A stretch of 356 nt of DNA from a phage, in the sequence record OP360896.1; one strand, written 5' to 3'. Positions 1 through 356 of this stretch are shown here, piece after piece. How positions within the stretch are numbered: position 1 is the first letter of the stretch; each line of letters begins with the position of its first letter. The notes under the pieces were generated by a model, which was not told the DNA's origin, did not search any database, and saw only the letters and a program-made list of their open reading frames with translations. Position numbers and translations under genes: made by a program.

Positions 1-356
1 GACGGCTGACGTTCTGATTTACGATATTGAGGACGCAATGAACCACTACGACGTTCGCTCTGAGTACACCTCTCAGTTGGGTGAGTCTCTGGCGATGGCT
101 GCTGATGGTGCGGTTCTGGCTGAGATTGCTGGCCTGTGTAACTTGGCTAGTGCCTCTAATGAGAACATTGAGGGCCTAGGTACTGCCACTGTGATTGAGA
201 CTGCTCAAACCAAGGTTGAACTTACCGACCAAGTTGCTCTGGGTAAAGAGATTATCGCGGCATTGACTAAGGCTCGTGCGGCTCTGACCAAGAACTACGT
301 TCCGGCTGCTGACCGCGTGTTCTACTGCGACCCGGATAGCTACTCTGCGATTCTGG
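1..356 (+). CDS. 10A: Major capsid protein of a T7-like phage (T7 gp10A homologue), internal fragment truncated at both ends; codon phase begins at position 2, last complete codon ends at 355
   Basis: Seen in sequence: the frame starting at position 2 is open across the whole window (118 codons) and translates to TADVLIYDIEDAMNHYDVRSEYTSQLGESLAMAADGAVLAEIAGLCNLASASNENIEGLGTATVIETAQTKVELTDQVALGKEIIAALTKARAALTKNYVPAADRVFYCDPDSYSAIL. The other two + frames hit stops almost immediately (tga at 7-9 in frame 1, tga at 15-17 in frame 3). Established knowledge, recalled from memory and not searched: this is near-identical to T7 gp10A around residues 101-218 (TADVLIYDIEDAMNHYDVRSEYTSQLGESLAMAADGAVLAEIAGLCNVESKYNENIEGLGTATVIETTQNKAALTDQVALGKEIIAALTKARAALTKNYVPAADRVFYCDPDSYSAIL). 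Codon choice is biased (ctg, gct, ggt, aac, tac), as expected for a highly expressed gene. Confidence 0.94.

Noticed and set aside
44-55. Sequence ccactacgacgt loosely resembling part of a T7 RNA polymerase promoter core (consensus TAATACGACTCACTATAG)
   Set aside because: Only a short partial match (ACGAC with scattered bases), and it lacks the conserved TAATACGACTCACTATA block. It sits inside the coding frame encoding N-H-Y-D-V, so coding constraint explains it.
175-180. Palindrome cctagg (AvrII recognition site)
   Set aside because: A single 6-bp palindrome is expected by chance in 356 bp and encodes Gly-Leu-Gly in frame; there is no evidence of regulatory or engineered significance.
97-312. 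Direct repeat of ggctgctga at 97-105 and 304-312
   Set aside because: A 9-bp match of Ala-Ala-Asp codons (gct gct ga-) in an alanine-rich protein with strong codon bias is expected by chance; there is no spacer-repeat periodicity or inverted partner suggesting a CRISPR array or mobile element.
1-356. Programmed -1 ribosomal frameshift site that produces the minor capsid form gp10B in T7
   Set aside because: In T7 the frameshift occurs near the 3' end of 10A (around codons 341-342), well downstream of this window, which covers only about residues 101-218. No slippery heptamer with downstream structure is evident here.
1-356. Possible overlapping or antisense ORF encoding a novel small protein
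   Set aside because: The alternative + frames close within the first 17 nt, and I found no independent evidence (start codon with RBS, conservation pattern) for a reverse-strand gene. The strong match of frame 2 to a known capsid protein explains the window completely.

Overview
The whole 356-bp window is an internal fragment of one protein-coding gene on the + strand: a T7-family (Autographiviridae, T7-like) phage major capsid protein, the homologue of T7 gene 10 / gp10A. Codons run from position 2 to 355 (118 complete codons); the gene is truncated at both window edges. The translation matches, from my memory of the T7 gp10A sequence, approximately residues 101-218, with a few clustered amino-acid substitutions and scattered synonymous differences, so the source is probably a close T7 relative rather than reference T7 itself. 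I see no RNA gene, mobile element, CRISPR array, promoter, terminator or second gene. I do not find a novel or previously undescribed system here: this is an ordinary, well-characterised phage structural gene. The only modestly interesting feature is the clustered capsid substitutions.
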